Position numbers and translations under genes: made by a program
Part shown: piece after piece, positions 1-7,773 of the stretch
How the letters are laid out: every line of letters begins with the position of its first letter
Numbering within the stretch: position 1 is the stretch's first letter
The notes under the pieces: generated by a model
Database searches by the model: none
What the model was told of the DNA's origin: nothing
The model's input: only the letters and a program-made list of their open reading frames with translations
NCBI GenBank assembly: GCA_016871995.1
Contig: VHBL01000006.1
Span: forward strand, 16,237 to 48,236
Direction: 5' to 3'
Origin: Nitrososphaerota archaeon
Lineage (GTDB): Archaea > Thermoproteota > Nitrososphaeria > Nitrososphaerales > UBA57
Length of the DNA: 32,000 nt

Positions 1-332
1 TTTCTCTAAGGTTCAAGGACGATTATTCAAAGGTCAAAATTCCGATGATGCCGGTAATAACAAGTAATTCAACGGCGATCAGGGTAATTTCGTTCAGTTC
101 CATACTTCTAGTAGTATTTTCATTGATACCATACGTGCTTGAAATATTTGGGTTGGTGTATCTAGTCAGCGCTGTAGTTCTTGGTGCTGGAATAATCTAT
201 CTTAGCATAAAGTTGCTCTTCCTCCCTACAGAAGAAAGAGCTTGGACGCTTTTTAAGTTCACGAGCCCGTATCTAGCCATAATCTTCGTTGCAATGATGG
301 CCGATGCTGTGCTCAGGTCATCTTCTTTATAG
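1..332 (+). CDS. ctaB: Heme O synthase (protoheme IX farnesyltransferase), C-terminal part; 5' end outside the window
   Basis: Frame 3 is open from the window edge (SLRFKDDYSKVKIPMMPV...). This resembles the conserved Y-x-x-x-x-IPM-x-PV loop of UbiA-family heme O synthases and is followed by about 3 hydrophobic helices. Stop TAG at 330-332. Track ORF 45..332 covers only the part after an internal Met. Confidence 0.7.
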   Translation, partial: SLRFKDDYSKVKIPMMPVITSNSTAIRVISFSSILLVVFSLIPYVLEIFGLVYLVSAVVLGAGIIYLSIKLLFLPTEERAWTLFKFTSPYLAIIFVAMMADAVLRSSSL

Positions 333-636
333 CTTCTCTAAGCTCTTCTAAGCTCTTCCCTTCGACATCGATTCCCAGAGCTCTTGCAGCCTTTTCCAAT
401 TTCTCTCTTTCTTCTTCCGAGTCCTTTTTGCCTAGTTTTTCAGTTTCCTTTGCAGATTCCACCTTACCCTTCTCGAATTCTCCCTTCGCCTTCCCCATAG
501 ATCTTGCAAGTTCTGGTATCTTCTTAGCACCGAAAAGCAGAAGGACGACTATTACGATCAAGAAAACCAGCTCTGTTGATCCTAGACCAGGTATTATCAG
601 GATGTGTGTGTTAGACAACGCAACGAGATATAACAT
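313..636 (-). CDS. tatA: Twin-arginine translocase subunit TatA/E
   Basis: Single TM helix (LVFLIVIVVLLLFG) followed by the TatA hinge and amphipathic helix FGAKKIPELARSMGKAKGEFEKG, then a charged K/E-rich tail. The roughly 19-aa N-terminal extension suggests the true start may be an internal TTG. Confidence 0.8.
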   Translation of the reverse strand: MLYLVALSNTHILIIPGLGSTELVFLIVIVVLLLFGAKKIPELARSMGKAKGEFEKGKVESAKETEKLGKKDSEEEREKLEKAARALGIDVEGKSLEELREAIKKMT

Positions 637-694
637 ACATGTACTTTAGCATTACTAACAAAGAAATTAAAGTACCTTCACACCAGCTGAGCGC

Positions 695-967
695 ATGAGC
701 AAGAAACCTGCGGCTCGAAAGCCGAAGGAAAAAGCAGCTGAAAAGAAACCAAAGATGCAGAAGCCTTCTGCTCCTGCTCCAGTAGCCAAGATTAGCACAT
801 GGGAACTAAAGGAGCGATTCCGTTCGGGGCGTGGTTTTTCAATGCAGGAGCTCAAGGAGGCTAACATCTCTCTGGGCATGGCTAGGAAGTTAGGACTCTA
901 TGTTGACATTAAAAGGTCTACAAAAAGGGAAGAAAACATATCTGCACTGAAATCTTGGCTAAAGTAA
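695..967 (+). CDS. rpl13e: Ribosomal protein L13e (eL13) with a Lys/Ala/Pro-rich N-terminal extension
   Basis: Core SGRGFSMQELKEANISLGMARKLGLYVDIKRSTKREENISALKSWL matches the archaeal L13e pattern (GRGFS..EL...gi....Ar.lGi.vD.RR....EN...L). ATG start. Confidence 0.75.
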   Translation: MSKKPAARKPKEKAAEKKPKMQKPSAPAPVAKISTWELKERFRSGRGFSMQELKEANISLGMARKLGLYVDIKRSTKREENISALKSWLK

Positions 968-1867
968 AGTTCTTGCATAGTGGTAAATGTATTCTTGAGC
1001 ATATCCTGCATATTTACCAAAATAATCCCGCATGGTCTTCGATATTATGTCATAATCTTTGAAACTTAACGAACCTCTATGTCCTAGCTTGCTAAGAAAT
1101 TCTTTGTCGAACAATCTGGCATATTGGTTAACAATAGTCCTGAGTATCCACACATCTATAGGCAAAGCTTCAAGCTTGTCAAGCGAAAATAATAGCACAC
1201 AATCGGCTACTTTCGGACCTATTCCCTTGAAGATTTTCTTTTGCTGGAACTTTCTGAGTAATTCTTCTCTAGCTTCCCCGTAAGTATAAGTGCGGATTTT
1301 GTCGAAGATGGTAACGTCTTTAGCTATGACGTTTGCAGTAGCTTTAATGAACTCCGCCCTATATCCCGCCTTGCAGTCACGTATTGATGCGACGCTAGCC
1401 TTTGCAAGCGTATCTGCACTTGGGAATGTATAGAATTCCTTAGCATCGAATGTCATGCGTTCTCCGAACGTTCTGCAGAGATTATCGAGCATTCTTTCAA
1501 TTTGGGGTATGTTCGTGTTCGTAGCGCAAATGTAGCTCAGCATGCATTCCCATGGATCTTGACGCAGAATTCTAAGACCCCGGTACTTTTGCAGAGCGTG
1601 CGAAACGAACTTATCATGGCTTATTACCCTAGCGATTGATTTCAGGTCATCATCGAAACGGAAGTAGTTCTGGATTCTATCGTGCCAGTCTACTCCACTT
1701 GAGCCTGTAAATTCCAGATGCTCTCCAATCTGCCTGAGTTTTATTGCGCCATTGCCCAAAACACCATGCCAATATTCTCCAATCTTCTTCCAGTGGAATA
1801 CTTGCCCACATTCCAACGAATAATCAAGATTGAATGGTTCTGGAGTCTCAATCTTAGAAACTCGCAT
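959..1867 (-). CDS. ogg: 8-oxoguanine DNA glycosylase / AP lyase (OGG1-type HhH-GPD)
   Basis: HhH-GPD signature KGIGPKVADCVLLFSLDKLEALPIDVW (Lys in GPKVADC, Asp in PIDVW) and an OGG-like N-terminal domain (LECGQVFHW). Lies 2 nt downstream of the sHSP-like gene on the same strand. Confidence 0.85.
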   Translation of the reverse strand: MRVSKIETPEPFNLDYSLECGQVFHWKKIGEYWHGVLGNGAIKLRQIGEHLEFTGSSGVDWHDRIQNYFRFDDDLKSIARVISHDKFVSHALQKYRGLRILRQDPWECMLSYICATNTNIPQIERMLDNLCRTFGERMTFDAKEFYTFPSADTLAKASVASIRDCKAGYRAEFIKATANVIAKDVTIFDKIRTYTYGEAREELLRKFQQKKIFKGIGPKVADCVLLFSLDKLEALPIDVWILRTIVNQYARLFDKEFLSKLGHRGSLSFKDYDIISKTMRDYFGKYAGYAQEYIYHYARTLL

Positions 1868-1869
1868 TG

Positions 1870-2349
1870 CTAGGAATTCTGCTCACTTATCTTCCTAAGC
1901 CTTACGTTTAGTATTCCATTCACACATGTAGAACCTATTATTTCTACGGGATCAGCGAGTTCGATTTCCTTTGCAAAATCGCCTGAACTCTTGACCCTAA
2001 GTTTTCCCTTCTTCAACTCTACCGAGACACTGGAATCTGGTCCGGGAACCTCGGCGACAAAAATAATAGCATCGCTAGTCGGAATAAGATCGTACGTCCA
2101 TCTTCTCTTTTGGTTATCAAATGGATTTGTGTTCTGCCTGAATATCTTCTTAAGTTCGAAAAGCCAGAATATTAACAACGCTCCTGCAAGTGCCGAAAGA
2201 ACAATTGCCAGCAGTCCTCTTTGAAATCTTGTGATAACAACTACGATAACGCCAAGCATAGCTATTCCTGCAACCATTAGTATTGAGTTTAGTACTGTGG
2301 CATAATTGGCCCCTTTTTTATTCACGGTATCCTCCTTTTCCCTTGGCAT
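1870..2349 (-). CDS. Membrane-anchored alpha-crystallin-domain (Hsp20-like) protein
   Basis: Two predicted TM helices (ATVLNSILMVAGIAMLGVIVVVI; LLAIVLSALAGALLIFWLF). They are followed by an ACD-like segment YDLIPTSDAIIFVAEVPGPDSSVSVELKKGKLRVKS...FAKEIELADPVE..GSTCVNGILNVRLRK, which fits the Hsp20 pattern (D..e.ed.i.v.aelPG.....v.v.v.dn.L.i......f.r.i.LP..v......a...nGvL.i.l.K). Confidence 0.65.
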   Translation of the reverse strand: MPREKEDTVNKKGANYATVLNSILMVAGIAMLGVIVVVITRFQRGLLAIVLSALAGALLIFWLFELKKIFRQNTNPFDNQKRRWTYDLIPTSDAIIFVAEVPGPDSSVSVELKKGKLRVKSSGDFAKEIELADPVEIIGSTCVNGILNVRLRKISEQNS

Positions 2350-2572
2350 ACGATACAGACTTTATCACTATTAGAAGTCTTGCACATCATGTGTCCTTAA
2401 TATGATTATGTGCGTTATTCAGACATATTAAGCAAAGATAAACAGTCCACAATTAAAATAGGTGCAGGAATACGGTGAACGGGATACAGCAACTGAACAG
2501 TGTACCTGTTAATTCATTGATGAGTGAAGCCCTCTGACAGATCAGGAGACCGAGCTTTCTAAAGTAATAGGG

Positions 2573-3616
2573 ATGCTGAAGAAGAATGATTCCTACGAAA
2601 TCTTCTCTGTTCAAGCAGGTAAGGTTCTAATGGTTACAGTTCGTGATTTGCTCAACGCCAAGAATCTTTCAACGAGCAGGTTTTCAACCATAGCAGCAGT
2701 CGTACCAAAACTTTCTCCCGATGACAGGCTTGGCAGTGTAGTAAGGATTCTTAGCGAGTACAGAATACGTGCCCTTCCTGTCGTTCAGAAGGGGAAGGTG
2801 GAAGGGGCATTGAAGATTAGGGATATCGTCAAAATGATGCAAGATTCCATGTCTTCCAGCGTTAAGGTATCAGCTATAATGACCCCGAATCCAATAACTA
2901 TTGACTCTGGCGACACTGCTCTGAAGGCCAAGAATTTGATGCTGAGAAGAAAGATAGATCATTTGCCGATAATGAGGAATGGCAAACTTGCAGGCATTGT
3001 GGATTCGGATTCAATCTTATATGCCATAAGGTCTCCTGAAAGGCAGCCTGTGGCGTGGGGTTCTAGTACTTTTGAAATGAAAAGGACGCTGAACTTCCCT
3101 GTAGACGAAATAATGAGTGGTCATGCTCTGGAGGTTGCTCCAAATGATTCACTGCAGAAGCTTATCGCAGAGATGCTCAAGGCGGGGACCAACGCGGCTT
3201 TGGTAACATGGGCTCATGAGCTGCAAGGCATAGTTACGTTCAGGGACGTTGTCAAGATTCTTGCAGAGAAATCGAAACAAGAGCCGCAGGTGTATATTGT
3301 CGGTTTGCCAGACGACCCATTTGAATCTGAGACCGCAAAAACGAAGTTTTCCAGAATAGTGGCAACGCTGTCGAAGAGCATGAGGATAATCGAGGCTAGA
3401 GCCAAGATAAAAATGCAGAAGACTTCAAAAGATAGGGAAAGGCGAAGGTATCAAGTAATGGTTTCGATAGCGACAGTAAATAACATATACAACTTTTCTA
3501 GAGAAGGTTTTCAGCTATCTGATATATTCGATCAGCTGCAGCAGAGCATAAAGCGAATTAATGTAAAAAGGCCGAAGACGAAACCTACTGCACGTAAGAT
3601 GTCTGAAACTGAATAG
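2573..3616 (+). CDS. CBS-domain protein (at least 3 CBS motifs) with an HPF/YfiA-like C-terminal domain (aa ~239-335)
   Basis: CBS motifs include ...RIRALPVVQKGKVEGALKIRDIVKMM, VSAIMTPNPITIDSGDTALKAKNLMLRRKIDHLPIMRNGKLAGIVDSDSILYAI and VDEIMSGHALEVAPNDSLQKLIAEMLKAGTNAALVTWAHELQGIVTFRDVVKIL. For the C-terminal segment see the findings. The CBS call is confident; the HPF-like call is a hypothesis. Confidence 0.8.
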   Translation: MLKKNDSYEIFSVQAGKVLMVTVRDLLNAKNLSTSRFSTIAAVVPKLSPDDRLGSVVRILSEYRIRALPVVQKGKVEGALKIRDIVKMMQDSMSSSVKVSAIMTPNPITIDSGDTALKAKNLMLRRKIDHLPIMRNGKLAGIVDSDSILYAIRSPERQPVAWGSSTFEMKRTLNFPVDEIMSGHALEVAPNDSLQKLIAEMLKAGTNAALVTWAHELQGIVTFRDVVKILAEKSKQEPQVYIVGLPDDPFESETAKTKFSRIVATLSKSMRIIEARAKIKMQKTSKDRERRRYQVMVSIATVNNIYNFSREGFQLSDIFDQLQQSIKRINVKRPKTKPTARKMSETE

Positions 3617-3664
3617 AAATTAGAACCGAAGAGGCTTTATTCAATGGAGTCTATGTCTGCATGA

Positions 3665-5098
3665 TTGAAACTATTACTTTGCATGATGCTAGTATCGTTC
3701 CTCGTTCTTCCTACAGTCTTAGCCCAAGCCAACGATAATTCTCCATACATTGAGGAGTTTCCTGTTCCCAAACCATACCTCGGTCCTCTTGCGATAACCT
3801 ATCACGAAGGAAATATTTGGTTCACTCTTGATGGTTCAAATGCTATAGGCGTTTTTAGCACTAACAACAAATCTTTTAGAATGTACAGTCTACCTTGGCA
3901 GCCGACAAAACAGGCGGCACAGTATGGTATGGAGGGAATTGCTGTTGATAAAGATGGCATGGTTTGGTTCACTCATTCAAGTACATCACGAATAGGTAGA
4001 TTCAATCCGCAATCCCAGATGTTTTCTGGAATAGTTGTAAGGCCCAACGCATCAATATTCAGAGTACTTCCTGACAAGGCTGGTAATATTTGGTACAGCG
4101 ACGTTCAGAATAATAAGATAGGTCTTGTTTCACCCGAAGGTGCAGCAAGAGAATTTGATTTACCAACTGCAAAATCAGGCCCTGCTGGTCTGTTTTTTGA
4201 TTCGTCTGGCAAGTTGTGGTTTACTGAAACCTTTGCAAAGAAGGTAGGAGTGCTAGACATTCAGAGCAGTTCGATAACAGAGTTTCCCGCACCGCGAGAC
4301 TTCATCAACTCTCCTGTAGGCATAGTAGTCGACAACGCTGGCATTGTATGGGTCGCAGACCATGGGGGTGCTGCAATAGTGCGGTTCGATCCTAAAAACA
4401 ATACGTGGAACAAGTTTATCACTTCAAGGCCTCCTCCAGACTTGTTCCCTGTATCCCTTCCAAACGATCTTTTGTTGGACAGGCAGGGTAATATCTGGAT
4501 TACAGAGCATGGTGGGAACAAGATTGCAAGGTTCGACCCCAAAACGAGCCTTCTTACTGAATACCTCATTCCCAGTTTGCCTGCAATAACACTGTGGCTT
4601 ACAATAGATGATGCTGCAAATATATGGTTTGCAGAGGCCGAGGGAGGTAAAATAGGTAAGCTTGATACGAAAAAGCCGGTGCCGTTTACTATATCTATTC
4701 CTGCTGATACCGTTTCTATATCTGCGGGCAAAGAAGCAATCTTCTCTGCAAACGTAGAATCATCGCAAACTATTAACAAAATTTCTATGCTGAGCTATGG
4801 CTTTCCAACTGCGCTAAATGTCACCGCAAAGATCAAGGAACTTCCTGTTCAGCGTGGAGGTTCGCAGACTATTGATTTCTTGGTTAGCATCAGGCACGAA
4901 ATAGATCAGGGGAAATATGGCTTTGCGATCAGTGCGAGCGATGGAAAGGTTCTCCAGACCAGAACCATAACAATCGATGTCGAGGCTTCAAGACCTAATC
5001 AAGACTTGGTTGTCTACACTTCTGTTGGCATTGCAGGTGTGACTATTGCAGCAATAGTAGTGTTCTTACTCGTATTCAGACGCGTATGGAGAAGCTAA
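3665..5098 (+). CDS. Secreted, C-terminally membrane-anchored seven-bladed beta-propeller protein (Vgb / streptogramin-lyase-like repeats) plus an Ig-like stalk
   Basis: TTG start and signal peptide (MKLLLCMMLVSFLVLPTVLAQA). Seven units of about 42 aa of the type P.GI..D..GNIWFTE...NKIGRFDP......EF.lP. These are followed by a beta-rich region and a C-terminal TM helix with basic tail (VGIAGVTIAAIVVFLLVFRRVWRS). Confidence 0.7.
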   Translation: MKLLLCMMLVSFLVLPTVLAQANDNSPYIEEFPVPKPYLGPLAITYHEGNIWFTLDGSNAIGVFSTNNKSFRMYSLPWQPTKQAAQYGMEGIAVDKDGMVWFTHSSTSRIGRFNPQSQMFSGIVVRPNASIFRVLPDKAGNIWYSDVQNNKIGLVSPEGAAREFDLPTAKSGPAGLFFDSSGKLWFTETFAKKVGVLDIQSSSITEFPAPRDFINSPVGIVVDNAGIVWVADHGGAAIVRFDPKNNTWNKFITSRPPPDLFPVSLPNDLLLDRQGNIWITEHGGNKIARFDPKTSLLTEYLIPSLPAITLWLTIDDAANIWFAEAEGGKIGKLDTKKPVPFTISIPADTVSISAGKEAIFSANVESSQTINKISMLSYGFPTALNVTAKIKELPVQRGGSQTIDFLVSIRHEIDQGKYGFAISASDGKVLQTRTITIDVEASRPNQDLVVYTSVGIAGVTIAAIVVFLLVFRRVWRS

Positions 5099-5868
5099 AG
5101 CAGTTTTAGAGTCATCAGTATCCTGTCAAATGATTCTCTTGACCTGCCGTTTTTGTAGTTCCTCAAAACCGCAACAATGTCAGAAACATCAGTAAGCCCA
5201 AGCCTTCTCCTTATTGTTGATGCCACAGGTCCTCCGATGAGAAGGTACTGAGCGGCTGCAGTGACATTTGACACTCTTCGGGTAAGGCTTGCAGTTTCAA
5301 AATCAAGTATGGTTGTCCTATCGCCAACTATCACATGCTTTCGAAGGTTGCTCAACTCGCCATGATCTAGCCTTATAGAATCCAATGCAAAACACTGCTG
5401 CAGTATCTCCCGAATGCGACCTCTCAGCACGCCAGTCGAACCCTTGCCTTGGAGACCCTTGACCCATTGCAAGATATCGGTTCCATCTGCAAGCTCCATA
5501 GCTATTACATTTCTTGACGCTGCAAAGACCGTCGGCCCGACCCCTGCCTTGTTTGCAAGTCCCAGCAGTTGTACTTCCCTAGCAACACTGGGCCTGTTCG
5601 AATCGGTTCTGCGTATCTTCAATACAACCTTTCTCTCAGCTAATAGGGCCTTGACGACTAAGCTTGTGCACCCTTTGCCCAGCACTCGCACATTGCCTAT
5701 CCTGACATTGCCGGAGAATTCCACCTTTTTTACTCCTAAACTTCTGAGCTCGTTTATCCTGCTCTTGCACGTTCGAGAATCTCCTCTAGGGTATGCTAGA
5801 ATGTTATTCCAAGGTTGCTCAGCAAGACCTTCAATCGAAACAAGCGATGACTCTGTTTGTTGAAGCAA
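5095..5868 (-). CDS. RIO-like / atypical serine-threonine protein kinase (COG2112-type)
   Basis: VLGKGCTSLVVKA....VVLKIRR (glycine loop plus Lys), catalytic-loop-like LDHGELSNLRKHVIV, and ILDFETAS (DFG-equivalent). TTG start at 5866-5868 overlaps the cca 3' end by 38 nt. Confidence 0.65.
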   Translation of the reverse strand: MLQQTESSLVSIEGLAEQPWNNILAYPRGDSRTCKSRINELRSLGVKKVEFSGNVRIGNVRVLGKGCTSLVVKALLAERKVVLKIRRTDSNRPSVAREVQLLGLANKAGVGPTVFAASRNVIAMELADGTDILQWVKGLQGKGSTGVLRGRIREILQQCFALDSIRLDHGELSNLRKHVIVGDRTTILDFETASLTRRVSNVTAAAQYLLIGGPVASTIRRRLGLTDVSDIVAVLRNYKNGRSRESFDRILMTLKLL

Positions 5869-7216
5869 TCTCTGCTACGGCCTCCTTCAACCATTTTCTG
5901 CTATTTGCAAATTGCAAAATCTCTTTACCAACAAGTATGCGGTTCGTTGTCCTAACTTCTTCGCGCAGACCTGCGGAGATTCCTGATGATGCGATGCTGG
6001 AGCCTAGAATGAACTCCAGAGTGTCTGCAATATTTAGGAAATCTCTTTTATTCAATGAATGTACCTTTCCGTCCGTGCCTATCCATAGAAGATCTGACCT
6101 CCTTTTGTTTGCTTCAGCGAATTTTATGCTATCTTGGGAGAATGTAGTTTCTGGTCCTGCTCTATCCTTCCTTTGTGAAAGTTCGGTATCTTCTAAAAGG
6201 AACAGAAATGCGCTTTCCTTTTTGTCGCTACTGGCAGATATGCTACGCAACACGTGGAAGTCTTTCTCTGCTAAATGCATTTCAAGATGGTAGAGACTCT
6301 TATTCAGCTGCCCCCAAAGTTTATCGACTGTTCTTTCTTGATGTTTGAAGGTAACTACTACAACATTACCCAGATTCTGACTTTTTAATTGTAGAAGATG
6401 TTTTCGGCTAAAGAAACTTGCGCTTGGCCTCTCGAGGAAGAGGCCCGCACCAAATATGAACTCTGCTACTCTCTGCTTCGAAATAGCAGCTCCAAGATTT
6501 CTTCGGGGGTCTACAGGGTCTAGGATTATTAGCGGAGTGTTGTGTAGATTGGCATATATCTTGTCGCTCTCTGCAGGTACTATACTCTCGCCAAACTTGA
6601 TCGCACGGACGTTTCTCAAAACCTCAAGAAAGCTCCCAAATTTCAGAATCAAAACTTCGGCGACATATCCGCTGAAACCCCGTGTTTTAATTTCTGCACC
6701 ATAAATTCTCAAACCCTTCAGAAAACTCTTAAGCAGTCTAGTTTCTCGTTTCATATCAGCGTTGAATTTCCGCTTTATCAGTTCTGTGTGATATGGAGAC
6801 CTATCGGCAGCACTCTTCCATTCTCCAATTGGGACATCATAGCAAGCAACAATATTGGTCTTAATTCCTTCAACCCAAGCCTCAACGTACGGATGTTCAG
6901 AATAACGGAGATATGGAGAATACCCATGCAGCGCCTGCTTGCCTATTTCTATACCAAGTTTACCAAGCTCAGCCTTGTTTAGATCTGGTGGGACCTTTAC
7001 GAATATATCAATGTCAGCGTCCCCAGCAACCCATGTTCCTTTAGCAAAGGATCCTGCAAGCAAAGGTGTAATCTGCATCTTTTTGTTCTTGCTGGCGTTT
7101 TGAACCCTCCGCATAAGATGTTTTGTTATTTTGGCTATTCTTTCCTCTTCCTGTTTGGATGGTTCAGAGCGCTTTATTTGAGCTGCGATTATCTTTGCGA
7201 GAGTAGCCTGCGACAA
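5831..7216 (-). CDS. cca: CCA-adding enzyme (class I archaeal tRNA nucleotidyltransferase)
   Basis: Class-I nucleotidyltransferase motif LLAGSFAKGTWVAGDADIDIFV, and the size (461 aa) is typical. TTG start 2 nt after the thpR stop. Consistent with the tRNA in this window lacking an encoded CCA. Confidence 0.9.
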   Translation of the reverse strand: MSQATLAKIIAAQIKRSEPSKQEEERIAKITKHLMRRVQNASKNKKMQITPLLAGSFAKGTWVAGDADIDIFVKVPPDLNKAELGKLGIEIGKQALHGYSPYLRYSEHPYVEAWVEGIKTNIVACYDVPIGEWKSAADRSPYHTELIKRKFNADMKRETRLLKSFLKGLRIYGAEIKTRGFSGYVAEVLILKFGSFLEVLRNVRAIKFGESIVPAESDKIYANLHNTPLIILDPVDPRRNLGAAISKQRVAEFIFGAGLFLERPSASFFSRKHLLQLKSQNLGNVVVVTFKHQERTVDKLWGQLNKSLYHLEMHLAEKDFHVLRSISASSDKKESAFLFLLEDTELSQRKDRAGPETTFSQDSIKFAEANKRRSDLLWIGTDGKVHSLNKRDFLNIADTLEFILGSSIASSGISAGLREEVRTTNRILVGKEILQFANSRKWLKEAVAEIASTNRVIACFD

Positions 7217-7218
7217 AG

Positions 7219-7773
7219 TTATCCCAGCTTGAAACTGTAGAGGTCTGTGTATATAGGCCCTGCAGAGGTAAGTTCACTCTTTTTCAACTTGAACTCCTTG
7301 AGTTGTTGACCGCCAAACCGCATGGAGGAGTTGCTGCTAACAACATCTAGAATTTTCTCCCTGGCCTTCCCGCTTTTTATCCGTGCAACCGTTAGATGAG
7401 GTTCAAAAGGCTTGTCTGGCTTGAACCTTGAGCCTGAAAGTGCTTTCACGATGTTATCCGCTATGACCTTCAAATTATTTGCTACGTTACCATCTACACC
7501 TACCCACACAACGGTTACCCTGTTGGGATTAGGAAACACTCCAGTCCCTACAAGTTCCCCCTCGAAAGCTTGCTGCTTGACAGCAAACAATCTCTCTTTC
7601 AATGACAATGTCTCTTCTTCGGAGACTTCGCCAAGGAATAAGAGGGTAAAATGCATGTTCTGTGTGTCCACTATTTTCACGTCTCCTCCTGTCTGTTTTA
7701 TCTGCTCCTGAAACTTTTGTATCGCAGCAAGGGTTTCAGGGTTATCGATGTCCATGGCTATAAAGGCCCGCAT
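7219..7773 (-). CDS. thpR: RNA 2',3'-cyclic phosphodiesterase / 2'-5' RNA ligase (2H phosphoesterase)
   Basis: Two H-x-T/S-x motifs (HFTLLFLG and PHLTVARI). The most likely start is ATG at 7771-7773 (MRAFIAMDI...). The track ORF extends to a TTG at 7815. Confidence 0.85.
   Translation of the reverse strand: MRAFIAMDIDNPETLAAIQKFQEQIKQTGGDVKIVDTQNMHFTLLFLGEVSEEETLSLKERLFAVKQQAFEGELVGTGVFPNPNRVTVVWVGVDGNVANNLKVIADNIVKALSGSRFKPDKPFEPHLTVARIKSGKAREKILDVVSSNSSMRFGGQQLKEFKLKKSELTSAGPIYTDLYSFKLG

Noticed and set aside
2517-2537. C/D-box-sRNA-like elements (TTGATGA ... 10 nt ... CTGA) upstream of the CBS gene.
   Set aside because: - The C box has U instead of R at position 1.
- The spacer is 10 nt rather than ~12 nt.
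- There is no second C'/D pair.
- No terminal stem could be found on either strand.
4261-4779. Other long shadow ORFs: 4261..4779(-), 5414..5863(+), 5793..6293(+), 9009..9491(+), 16457..16909(-), 23615..23959(-), 31060..31407(+) and the remaining 60-110-aa track entries.
   Set aside because: All are embedded in, or antisense to, CDSs with strong family motifs. None shows domain-like sequence.
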